The notes under the pieces are model-generated. The model ran no database searches and was not told where the DNA came from. It saw nothing but the letters and a program-made list of their open reading frames with translations. Shown piece by piece: positions 31,883 to 40,993 of a stretch of 64,000 bases of DNA. Source of the DNA: an uncultured Planctomycetota bacterium (lineage in GTDB: Bacteria; Planctomycetota; Planctomycetia; Pirellulales; Lacipirellulaceae); the NCBI GenBank assembly GCA_963719315.1, contig CAVRBU010000002.1, forward strand, positions 1,472,001-1,536,000, in the 5' to 3' direction. Position numbers and translations under genes: made by a program. Within the stretch, counting starts at the first letter, position 1. The number at the start of each line of letters is the position of its first letter.

Positions 31883-33439
31883 CAGCCTGTTGAAGAAGTC
31901 TCCTTTGGATAGACTTTCGCTAACGACGGCATGGCGCATAAATTGTCGCCTGCGGTTGGCGTGGATGCCAGTGTAAGAGCGATTATTGTTTTGCTCAGGC
32001 ATCCGCAGAGCCGAATTGAGGAGATCACGGATGGCGTTGGGACACCGCAACCAAGAGCAGCAGTCGTCCTTCTGGATCCCGGTGGACCAGTTGCCGCGGT
32101 CGGAAGGGCATGTGTTTTACGGCAAGCTCAATCAATTGCTGCGAGCAGCCGGCTTCGACGAGTTCGTCGAAAGGCTCTGTGAGCCGTACTACCACGAAAC
32201 GATGGGGCGGCCCGGCATTCCGCCGGGCGTCTACTTCCGGATGCTGTTGGTGGGCTACTTCGAGGGCCTCGGCTCGCAGCGGGGCATCGCCTGGCGGTGT
32301 GCCGACAGTCTCAGCTTGCGAGAATTTCTGGGCGTCCCGCTCGGCGAAGAGACGCCTGACCATTCGAGCCTGACGCGGGTCCGCGACCGACTGCCGTTGT
32401 CGGTTCATCGGCAAGTATTCTGCTTCGTGCTCGAGGTGGCTGAGCAGCAAGGCCTGCTCGCCGGCAAGACGGTGGGCGTCGACGCCACGACCCTGGAGGC
32501 CGACGCGGCCATGAAGAGCATCGTCAGGCGCGACACGGGCGAGGACTGGCAGGAGTATGTTCGGCGTCTGATGCAGGAAGCAGGCCAGATCGAGCCGGGC
32601 GACGAACCCTCAGCCGAGGAGATTGCTCGGTTCGATCGCCAGCGCAAGGACAAAAAGGTCTCGAACCAAGAATGGCAGAGCGAAACCGACCCAGACAGCC
32701 GGATCACCCGGATGAAGGACGGCCGCACGCATCTGGCCTACAAGGCCGAACACGTCGTCGATCTGGACACGGAGCTGATCCTGGCGGCCGAGATCTATCA
32801 CGCCAACGCGGCCGACGTGGACACGATCGGCCCGAGCCTCAGCCAAGCGCAAGACAACTTGATTCAAGCCGACAGCGACGCGGACATCGAGGAGACGGTG
32901 GCGGACAAAGGCTACTCGGGGAACGAGACGCTGGCCGAATTGGAATTCACCGAGGGTCTACGAACGTACATCGCCGAACCACAGCACGCGCATCGTCGCA
33001 ATTGGAAAAACAAAGCGGACGAAGAGCGTCGGGCGGTGACGGGCAACCGCCGCCGGGTCAAAGGAAAGCGAGGACGTGCTCTACAGCGCGAGAGGAGTGA
33101 GAAGGTCGAGCGGAGTTTCGCCCACGTCTGCGAGACGGGCGGCAGTCGGCGAACGTGGCTGCATGGTATCGAGAAAGTGAGAAAGCGATACCTGACGTCG
33201 GCCATGGCACGCAATCTGGGCCTCGTCCTGCGCCACTTGTTCGGAATCGGCACGGCCAGGAGCCTGCAAGGGAACGGCGGGCTTGCCGACGCCTTGCATG
33301 TTGTGTTGTTTAACACCCTGGCCGCGCTGGAGCGTCTGCTGACGCCCACGCCGCCGACCGGCCGACAAAAATCAACCATCAACCAACCGCTCGCGTTGGC
33401 TGCCTAAAATCACCAAATACCAACTTCTTCAACAGGCTA
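31883..33439 (+). mobile_element. IS1182-family insertion sequence
   Basis: 16-bp perfect IR AGCCTGTTGAAGAAGT (31884-31899)/ACTTCTTCAACAGGCT (33423-33438); 4-bp target duplication CTAA (31879-31882, 33440-33443). Confidence 0.88.
32031..33407 (+). CDS. IS1182-family DDE transposase
   Basis: GRPGIPP, PDHSSL.R.R, VDATTLEA.A, ADKGY, RSEKVERSFAH; GAGGAG RBS; intact ORF. Confidence 0.9.
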   Translation: MALGHRNQEQQSSFWIPVDQLPRSEGHVFYGKLNQLLRAAGFDEFVERLCEPYYHETMGRPGIPPGVYFRMLLVGYFEGLGSQRGIAWRCADSLSLREFLGVPLGEETPDHSSLTRVRDRLPLSVHRQVFCFVLEVAEQQGLLAGKTVGVDATTLEADAAMKSIVRRDTGEDWQEYVRRLMQEAGQIEPGDEPSAEEIARFDRQRKDKKVSNQEWQSETDPDSRITRMKDGRTHLAYKAEHVVDLDTELILAAEIYHANAADVDTIGPSLSQAQDNLIQADSDADIEETVADKGYSGNETLAELEFTEGLRTYIAEPQHAHRRNWKNKADEERRAVTGNRRRVKGKRGRALQRERSEKVERSFAHVCETGGSRRTWLHGIEKVRKRYLTSAMARNLGLVLRHLFGIGTARSLQGNGGLADALHVVLFNTLAALERLLTPTPPTGRQKSTINQPLALAA

Positions 33440-34159
33440 CTAAGCCACGTTGAGCTGCTGCCCCGCCACGTTCAACTGCCCAACATTCTGCACCATCAGC
33501 AGCGGGGCGTGTCGCCGCAGGTCCTTCAGTGCTCGCAGTGTCCGCATAAAGATGCGGTTAAAGCGATCAACCATTTGAGCAGCCTGTTCGACGGCCTGCA
33601 AGTCGGCGGCCCGCGGAGTTTTCCAGCGTCCTTCTTCCTTGATTCGCTCGTTGTCAACTTCAAGGCAAGCGTAGAGCATCATTCGTTCATGCCAAAACAA
33701 CTGGGCCGTCCAAGCTTGCGCCAGCATGTCGATCATCGTGCGTTCGATGCCGTTCTGAGGGTTCCAACTGGCAACAAGTTCGTCGCGGAGGGCCAGAAAT
33801 TGCGCCCGTGGCCACGCCCCATTCGAAAGCGATAACTCATTTGCTTGTGCGGCGCGATGGCCCGTCTGTAGCTCTGCCCGGGCAGCCTTCCGGATTTCAT
33901 GGCACCTTGCTTCGGCGCGTTTCGGGTCCACCTTCGCAAGCGCTGCCAGTTCGAAAAAGGTAGCAGACCTCGGATCGCCAGACTTCGTTCGACTGGCGAC
34001 AGCCTGTGCCCGAGCTTCCATGATCGCGATCGCCTCGTCGGCCGGTCGCGATAGGTGCTCCATCTCCGCTTCGACGTACCGGCACATCGCTTGGGACATT
34101 TCCGACGCGAGCGGCAGCGCTTCAGAGTATTGTGGCCGTTCGAGATTCCGTTGCGGCAT
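33440..34159 (-). CDS. hypothetical protein (island)
   Basis: 239-aa helical ORF overlapping the upstream gene; C-terminal RTLRALKDLRR..VQNVGQLNV. Confidence 0.7.
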   Translation of the reverse strand: MPQRNLERPQYSEALPLASEMSQAMCRYVEAEMEHLSRPADEAIAIMEARAQAVASRTKSGDPRSATFFELAALAKVDPKRAEARCHEIRKAARAELQTGHRAAQANELSLSNGAWPRAQFLALRDELVASWNPQNGIERTMIDMLAQAWTAQLFWHERMMLYACLEVDNERIKEEGRWKTPRAADLQAVEQAAQMVDRFNRIFMRTLRALKDLRRHAPLLMVQNVGQLNVAGQQLNVA

Positions 34160-34445
34160 CGGCTGTTTCCTCCAATGAACGTAGCGTGGCCGTCATTTCG
34201 CTGAAAAGCTGAAGGTCCGCCGTCAAAAGCCGGCGCTCTGCCCGTCGGCGCTCACACGCCTCTTGAACCAGGAGCACTTCGTCGCGCGCAACGTATTGCT
34301 TTCGTAACCGGCCCGCTTCGCGCCAAAAGCGGTAGAAGTATGGCCCGTGGAGAGCGCCTTGCTCACATTTGCAGCCAGGCTTACCGCAGCGCACCATCTG
34401 CGGTCGAATCACGCCCGGCAGGATCTTAGGTAACGCTTCTGGCAT
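34122..34445 (-). CDS. DUF6788-like protein
   Basis: RCGKPGCKC...HGPYFYRFWR..GRLRKQYV signature. Confidence 0.75.
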   Translation of the reverse strand: MPEALPKILPGVIRPQMVRCGKPGCKCEQGALHGPYFYRFWREAGRLRKQYVARDEVLLVQEACERRRAERRLLTADLQLFSEMTATLRSLEETADAATESRTATIL

Positions 34446-34792
34446 TTTTTACTCAGCGGGCCGCGAATATCCTAATTGTATCGCGCATGGGTCAGTCGCG
34501 ACGCATCGTTGACTACCGCTTGGTCCAATTTGCACCCTCCACCGATAGGACAGTGACTATTCCCCGCTCACGCGCTCGGTGACGCGTGCTGGGTCGAGGT
34601 CATCTTTGATCAGCGGCGATCTAGCGTTCGACCTCCTTTGACCAGCGATTGCGTCCCCCTCGTCTTAGGGACATAATCGGCATCGGGCGGCAGCTATCGA
34701 TGGCGGGAAAGAAGCTTCTGCCCGCAGGCGACCGCGCCTCTAAGGTCGCGTGTGCCGGCTATTCTGATTGCCTAGCGAACTACACGTTCATC

Positions 34793-35980
34793 ATGGCGAA
34801 ACGAGCATCCAAATCTCGCGGCAAAAAGGGTGCGAACGGCGGCGCGAATCTGGGTTTTGAGGGCGAGCTTTGGCGGGCCGCCGACGCGCTGCGGTCCAAC
34901 ATGGACGCAGCCGAGTACAAGCACGTCGTGCTCGGCCTGATCTTCCTCAAGTACATCTCGGACGCCTTCGAAGAGCAACACGCCGCACTCGAAGCGGATA
35001 AGAAGTCCGGGGCCGATCCCGAAGACCCGGACGAATACCGGGCGCTCAACATCTTCTGGGTGCCGCCGGAAGCGCGGTGGACCTACCTGCGTGGTCGCGC
35101 CAAAGACCCGAAGATCGGCAAGATCGTCGATGACGCCATGCTGGCCATCGAGCGCGACAACCCCACGCTCAAAGGCGTGCTGCCCAAGGACTACGCCCAC
35201 GCCCGGCTCGATAAGCAGCGGCTCGGCCAGCTTATCGACATGGTCGGAAACATCGGCCTGGGCGACAAGGAGAATCGCTCAAAGGACATCCTCGGCCGCG
35301 TGTACGAGTATTTTCTCTCGCAGTTCGCCAGTGCCGAAGGCAAGAAGGGAGGTCAGTTCTATACGCCGCGCTCTGTCGTCCAGGTGCTGGTCGAAATGCT
35401 GGCCCCGTACAAGGGCCGCGTGTTCGATCCGTGCTGCGGCTCGGGCGGCATGTTCGTGCAATCGCTCAAGTTCGTCCAGGCGCACACCAACGGGAACGGC
35501 AACGGCGGCAAGGCCACGGCCGGCATCAGCATCTTCGGGCAGGAATCGAACCATACCACGTGGCGGCTGGCGAAGATGAACCTTGCCATCCGTGGCATCG
35601 ACTCGAACCTCGGGGCCGAGCAAGCCGACAGCTTTCACCACGATCTGCATGCCGATCTCAAGGCCGACTACGTGCTGGCCAACCCGCCGTTTAACGACAG
35701 CGACTGGCGCGGTGACCTGTTGAAAGAGGATAAACGGTGGAAGTACGGCACGCCGCCTGCCGGCAATGCTAACTACGCCTGGGTGCAGCACTTCATCCAT
35801 CACCTGGCCCCAACCGGCCTGGCCGGTTTCGTGCTGGCCAACGGCAGCATGTCGAGTAATCAGTCAAATGAAGGCGAGATTCGCAAGAACATTGTCGAGG
35901 CCGACCTTGTGGATTGCATGGTCGCGCTGCCAGGACAACTCTTTTACAGCACACAGATATGCGCCCGGTTTCGCCATTAG
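34793..35980 (+). pseudogene. hsdM: type I restriction-modification methyltransferase subunit, 3'-truncated
   Basis: [28 protein letters not shown]; homology ends at LFYSTQI (~35959); no hsdS or hsdR follows. Confidence 0.88.
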
Positions 35981-37484
35981 TGCCAGGTTGTCCGGGGCGG
36001 AGAGCGTTGGCGTCACTTGGAAGCGACCAGACAGCACGTTTCCCGAAACCTTCGCGTTTGGACAGGCCGCCTATCTCGCGAAACGCGCGTTGAATCGTCC
36101 GCTCGCTGAATCCCATGTCCTCCGCATCGTCGATCACGTCTTCTCTTGGCCGGGACCCCGCAGCCAAATCCTTGTTCAACCAGTCGATGGCTTCTTTGTG
36201 TTGCTTCGGCGCCGGACCACGTTTTTTCACTTCAATCGCCATCGCTTCGTCGGCCGTTATGCTGACCGGCTCTGACTCCCAACAAACGACCGGCGCACCC
36301 TTTAGCCCGCGGCATTCAACGGTGAATGCCAGCCCGTTTTTTGAATCCGGAGCCAAGTTGTTTTTGATCGGCAGCATGAGGCGGCGACGCGGATTCGTTT
36401 TGCACGGACATACCACCCACACGGCGCGCGCAGCCGCGACGAATGCGAGACTACCCATTGCACGATACAGCGCCGCGCCTTCACCTTTGCGCAGATGCGT
36501 CACAGCCAGAATGGCGACCCGCTCTTCTGCGGCCAATGCCGCCAACGGAGCCAGCATTCCCCGCACTTCGGCGTTATTGTGCGAATCGGCCTTGCCCATG
36601 TAGGCGCTCACCGGATCGACGATGACCAGTCGGCAGTCCGGCGTTCGTTCAATGGCCGCACGTAATTGGTCGATGTCGCGGGTCAGGTCGGCAAGCGACG
36701 TGAGCGCGACGACGCGACTACAATCCGCTTCGTGCGCGTCCAGCCGCGGTCGAATCGTGTCGGCAAGATCATCCTCAGCACTCAATAGAACCACGCCGCC
36801 AACCGGTTGCGGAGCATGGGGAGCATCAGGCCAGGGCGCGCCGCGGCTGACGGCCGACGCGATGCCGAGCGTCACCGGTGACTTGCCCAAGCCAGGGTCG
36901 CCGGCCAGCAGCGTCACCTTGCCGATCGCAATGCGATTTGTCCACAGCCACTCGACCGGCTCAGGTTCCACGTCGGCCACGCAGACCAGCTCGGCTCCGT
37001 GACTGCTGCCGCGGTCGATGTCTGCCAACTCTTCCCGCAAGGTCGCAATCGCGTCGCCCGCGTCGCCATTGCAATTCCGGAGGCTGTTGAGCGCATCGTT
37101 GACCGCGCCCACGGCGCGCCGCTGCCGGGACGCTTCGGCAACCAGCTTCACGTAGCGGTCAATGTGGGCGGTCGTGGCGATTCCGTCGAGCACTTCCGAT
37201 AATAGACCGACGGGGTTTTCGATTTCGCCCTTGAGCGCAGCGACCAATAGGCCATGCTCCAACGGTTCGCCGCGCTGATGCAGCCGCTCCATTGCAGCGA
37301 AGATGGTGCGGCACTTAGCGTCGCTGAAGTCGCGGGCCTGGATCGCATCGAATACCTTTATGGCACAATCATCGTCGCCATTTGAAGCCGCCCGTAAAAG
37401 CACAGCGATGATCGTTCGTTCGGCTTCGGGCTCGGATCGTAAACGGCTGCGGTCGCTGGCCGCGATTGCTCCCTTCCCTTCCAT
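35793..37484 (-). CDS. DnaB-N-like + AAA (RepA/AAA_25) replicative helicase
   Basis: N-terminal [13 protein letters not shown]....RTIF; VEWLW, Walker [24 protein letters not shown]; the C-terminus beyond ~35960 is probably read-through across a deletion junction. Confidence 0.82.
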   Translation of the reverse strand: MEGKGAIAASDRSRLRSEPEAERTIIAVLLRAASNGDDDCAIKVFDAIQARDFSDAKCRTIFAAMERLHQRGEPLEHGLLVAALKGEIENPVGLLSEVLDGIATTAHIDRYVKLVAEASRQRRAVGAVNDALNSLRNCNGDAGDAIATLREELADIDRGSSHGAELVCVADVEPEPVEWLWTNRIAIGKVTLLAGDPGLGKSPVTLGIASAVSRGAPWPDAPHAPQPVGGVVLLSAEDDLADTIRPRLDAHEADCSRVVALTSLADLTRDIDQLRAAIERTPDCRLVIVDPVSAYMGKADSHNNAEVRGMLAPLAALAAEERVAILAVTHLRKGEGAALYRAMGSLAFVAAARAVWVVCPCKTNPRRRLMLPIKNNLAPDSKNGLAFTVECRGLKGAPVVCWESEPVSITADEAMAIEVKKRGPAPKQHKEAIDWLNKDLAAGSRPREDVIDDAEDMGFSERTIQRAFREIGGLSKREGFGKRAVWSLPSDANALRPGQPGTNGETGRISVCCKRVVLAARPCNPQGRPRQCSCESRLHLTDYSTCCRWPARNRPGRLGPGDG

Positions 37485-37557
37485 GATGTAAAATCCTGTG
37501 GGTGACTAACCTCTCGCTGTTGCACCGGTAGACCGTCTACCGGGCGTTTTCGTAGTG

Positions 37558-37627
37558 TGGAGCGCCGCGGAATCGAACCGCGCACGAGTAGGTGACTAAC
37601 CGCTCGCCGACACCAGCCGTGCGCCCC
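37558..37627 (-). ncRNA. tRNA-like cloverleaf RNA in the helicase leader
   Basis: GGGGCGC/GCGCTCC-A acceptor with G3.U70; CGGC-TGGT-GTCG short arm; GCGAG.GG-TTAGTCA-CC..CTCGT arm; CGCGG-TTCGATT-CCGCG T-arm. Confidence 0.65.
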
Positions 37628-37665
37628 ACACCGTAACATGTTCACGCCAATAGCTCATCGAAATC

Positions 37666-37920
37666 CTATTCAGCACGCTGCCGGTCCGCTTCGCGCTGGC
37701 CTGGCGTGCGTCCGACCGGCAGCGCCTCGCCGTTGATCTTGGCCAACCAGCGCTCATACGCGGGAAGCGTCGTAAACTCCTTTCCGCCGACGTTGAACGA
37801 TTCGAGTTTGTGGCCCTTACATCCACGAAGCGCCCAACGCCACACAGTGCTGATATGCACGTTCTCACGTTGGGCCAGCTCGGAAAACGAGATTCGTGGT
37901 TCGGCAAGCAGATAAGTCAT
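37666..37920 (-). CDS. DUF1580 domain protein (HTH, excisionase/AlpA-like)
   Basis: HISTVWRWALRG..G..LES..VGG..FTT..A..RW signature. Confidence 0.82.
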   Translation of the reverse strand: MTYLLAEPRISFSELAQRENVHISTVWRWALRGCKGHKLESFNVGGKEFTTLPAYERWLAKINGEALPVGRTPGQREADRQRAE

Positions 37921-38000
37921 GGCATGGCCTCAAGTGAAGCGGAATGCGAATCAACGCATTCTGTTTTTACACCCAGCCATGCACTGCACTCGCGCACCAC

Positions 38001-38044
38001 CTAGCGTTGCGCGAAAATAGATACGCAACGGCTAGCGTTGCGCG
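38001..38044. promoter_or_regulatory. operator-like repeats upstream of the DUF1580 gene
   Basis: CTAGCGTTGCGCG at 38001-38013 and 38032-38044, with inverted core CGCAACG at 38024-38030. Confidence 0.5.
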
Positions 38045-38751
38045 GACGGCTTAGAAAGTTGCCGCTTGAGGGTGTCCTTTGAGAGGGAAACACCATGTTC
38101 AGCTTTGAGCCTAGCCGCAGTGCGACGGTAAGCAGCGTCATCTGAAACTTTCTCAACCTTCAGTTCCGAAAATATCTTCCTGGCCATTCGTTCTACATCT
38201 TTGTTCCACTTCGCAGTTGCCTTGCCGCCTTTGGCGGATGCCGCGAGACGCAATTTGGCCGTGATAACAAGCGACTCAAACGGGCGAACTTGAATCCGTT
38301 CACAAAGTCGCCCTAGCTCGAACGCGGCGCGATACAGTCTATCAGCGTCGCCCGCGAGGCATTTTTTGACTGGTTGCAAAAGTTCGAGCGCTGCCAGAGC
38401 ATCAACAATCGTCGGTTCCAGGTCGGCCTTCGCTCGATAGCTGCCTAAGCCATCACCGAAATCGAGTTCAACATACTGTTCGTCGTCGCCAAGCGGAAAC
38501 AAGCCAGTCTCGGGATCGGCCTGCTCCGCTTGTAGTGGACCTTCGACATGCGGCAAGATGATGTCGCGCAGCCACTGCCGCAGGTGGCCCAAATCGGCCT
38601 TGAGAGAACGGTCGCGACTCTTTCGTTCATTGCGTAATCGCTGCCATTCTTCGGCCGTTAACTCGCTTGGCGGTCCGACGTACTGTGAATAGATGCCGGT
38701 GCTTAGCCAACCGTCGGCGTCCGGCGTTGCTTTTCGACGATTGCGCGCCAT
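38032..38751 (-). CDS. hypothetical protein, possible C-terminal HTH regulator
   Basis: ORF with AAAGGA RBS before MARNRR; C-terminal SDDAAYRRTAARL..GVSLSKDTLKRQL is helix-turn-helix-like. Confidence 0.65.
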   Translation of the reverse strand: MARNRRKATPDADGWLSTGIYSQYVGPPSELTAEEWQRLRNERKSRDRSLKADLGHLRQWLRDIILPHVEGPLQAEQADPETGLFPLGDDEQYVELDFGDGLGSYRAKADLEPTIVDALAALELLQPVKKCLAGDADRLYRAAFELGRLCERIQVRPFESLVITAKLRLAASAKGGKATAKWNKDVERMARKIFSELKVEKVSDDAAYRRTAARLKAEHGVSLSKDTLKRQLSKPSAQR

Positions 38752-38863
38752 GATGCGATGTCCTTTCAGTCGGGCGACTGGCCGACGACGCGGTGGACAT
38801 CGCTGAGCCACGAACGTCGGCAAGTCTGTGCGGTAGCGAGCCGCGACCCGACAATGTGTAAGT

Positions 38864-40096
38864 TTAACCTACTTGGCGCGCAACTTGAATTGCCAAGTTG
38901 AAGTCGCGCTCCGAGTAAATCTCTGTGGTGCTGATTTTGCTGTGGCCGAGCGTTACGCGCGACGCCTCGACGCCGAACTGCCGACGAATCTCTGTCCCGG
39001 CCGTGTGCCGCAATTGGTTCGGGGACCAACGATGTTCACGTTGCCACACTGCGAGCTTCACCGGGTCGCTGGCGATGGCGTCCGGTGCGGGAAACGCTTT
39101 GTGGCACGCGCGGGCAACCGCCCGGCGGTAGACGTAACTTGCGTATTTGGCCCCAGCTTGCCGCTTCGGCTTTGGTTTGTGGCGGTCGCCCGGCATTGTG
39201 CCACACGAAAGCGGTGTCTGGCGGTTGGCAAGTTGTTCCGCCCGGCGCTTGCGTTCGCTATCGATCGGCTGAAAGCAATTCGCCTGTGCGTCGCGGGCCA
39301 AATAGCGGAGTAGCACGCCTTGTGCCTTGGGGCCGAGAAATATGACGCGCTCTCGGCCGTGGTGCTCGCACTTGTGGGATTCGGGCACGTAACGCCACGG
39401 ATCGACGCTGCGGTCGATGTCGCAGGGGCGCATGATGCACAGTTCGGCCGGACGCATCCCGGTTAGACGCTGAAGGCGAACCATATCAGCCACCACTTCG
39501 GGCAGGTGGGGCAGCGTGGCATCGATCGTAGCGTCATTGACCGGCAAGACCGGCTTTGTCTCGCGGGCCTCGCCGCGGCCTTTGCGCAGGCCAGGCAGGG
39601 CGGCAAGCGCTTGGTGCACGTCGGGCCGGACCAATTGCTCGGCCACGCCCCAACGGAACATCCGCCGAATGCGGCCGACGTGTTGATTGATCGTCGTGAT
39701 TGCCAGGTCCGCGTCGATCATGTGGTTGCGGACAGCTTTCAAGGCGAGCGGTCCGAACTCGACCGCCGGCTGGCCAGAGTAGAGCGCGCGGACAAACCGC
39801 AGCGCGGCCTTTATCGCACACTGCTCGCTCGTCGGCCGTCCATTCTTGACGTAGCGGCTTTTGGCGAACTTCAAGTAACGGACGCACAACTCGGTCAGCG
39901 AAAGGTCCGCGGGCGAAACGTGCAGCGGTTGGCGTCCGGCGGCCAGCCATTCGCCAATCAGCCGATCGTATTCGCGTCGGCTGGCTTTGGTGCCGTGCGG
40001 GCCAAGGTAGAAGTCTCGGCCGCTGAGAGTGACCACGGCTTGACCCGTGGCTCGGTGTTTCCGGTATTTGGGTAGTGAATCCGAAAGTCTGGGCAT
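38864..40096 (-). CDS. tyrosine recombinase / site-specific integrase
   Basis: TGMRPAE (R), HK, NQLRHTAGT, LGH, TTEIY; adjacent to tRNA and att. Confidence 0.95.
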   Translation of the reverse strand: MPRLSDSLPKYRKHRATGQAVVTLSGRDFYLGPHGTKASRREYDRLIGEWLAAGRQPLHVSPADLSLTELCVRYLKFAKSRYVKNGRPTSEQCAIKAALRFVRALYSGQPAVEFGPLALKAVRNHMIDADLAITTINQHVGRIRRMFRWGVAEQLVRPDVHQALAALPGLRKGRGEARETKPVLPVNDATIDATLPHLPEVVADMVRLQRLTGMRPAELCIMRPCDIDRSVDPWRYVPESHKCEHHGRERVIFLGPKAQGVLLRYLARDAQANCFQPIDSERKRRAEQLANRQTPLSCGTMPGDRHKPKPKRQAGAKYASYVYRRAVARACHKAFPAPDAIASDPVKLAVWQREHRWSPNQLRHTAGTEIRRQFGVEASRVTLGHSKISTTEIYSERDFNLAIQVARQVG

Positions 40097-40220
40097 GGTG
40101 GAGTCTCCCATTGTTGCAGCGTCAAAACGGTAGTTACCGTTTTGCGCCTTGGGGAAACGCCACACTGCCGACCATCAGCAGGTATCAAAAAACACTGGAT
40201 TCGGCGAAGTGAATTACAAG

Positions 40221-40294
<74 letters not shown>

Positions 40295-40690
40295 GGCGAG
40301 GCCAAACTGCCATCGGCCGTCCGCTGAACCAGTGATTATTGGTGGCGGACCGACATCGCAACGGCCAATTTACGCAGTCCTGTATGATAGCAATCGGCGG
40401 CTCGGATGACAGGGCCGTAGATTCCGCGAATTACAGGCGACCATTTAATTCCCGCTCTTGCGTAGTCTTCGCAATTTACCGCTCGCCGCGTAATTACATG
40501 CGTCCCAACGACTTCAGTGTCCAAGTCGCCCTTGCAAGCTAAGTGCACTTTCATTGTAATCTTGGGTGCAAGTGGCGAGCGCGGGCGGGAAAACCGGCTT
40601 CGAGCGGTCGAGCTTTATGGCCGCTTCATGGAATCTTAATCGACTATCGGCACTCAGCTCGTTTGCATAGATGCCGCGTTCGACTCTAGA

Positions 40691-40942
40691 TTGAGCACGG
40701 TCAGGCTCAAACATCATATCCATATCTATTTTGCGTTTACGATGTTCGGCACGACGTATCCAAATTACTGGAATTGGCAGAAGCTGTTTTCCTACGGCGA
40801 AGTCGTGTGCTTTGTCTCCGCCTGGGCCGTAGGGCTCTTGATCGCGATTCAGGGCCAACAGCCCAACCGCGATCGCATGGCCACGCGCAGCTTCGCCGCC
40901 GCGACGGACTCGCTGGCCATTCAAGCTCGCTTGAGCCGCTGA
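40691..40942 (+). CDS. small membrane protein or gene fragment
   Basis: Hydrophobic, aromatic-rich ORF; start uncertain. Confidence 0.3.
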   Translation: MSTVRLKHHIHIYFAFTMFGTTYPNYWNWQKLFSYGEVVCFVSAWAVGLLIAIQGQQPNRDRMATRSFAAATDSLAIQARLSR

Positions 40943-40993
40943 GCGCAACGATCTTTGTCGTCTTAGCTCTACATCGGCTTCGCTACCAGTAGT

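Noticed and set aside
37558..37627. Canonical tRNA-Thr(AGT) gene
   Set aside because: The D-arm is truncated, the anticodon arm is elongated with an internal loop, and the acceptor carries Ala identity; reported as a tRNA-like RNA instead.
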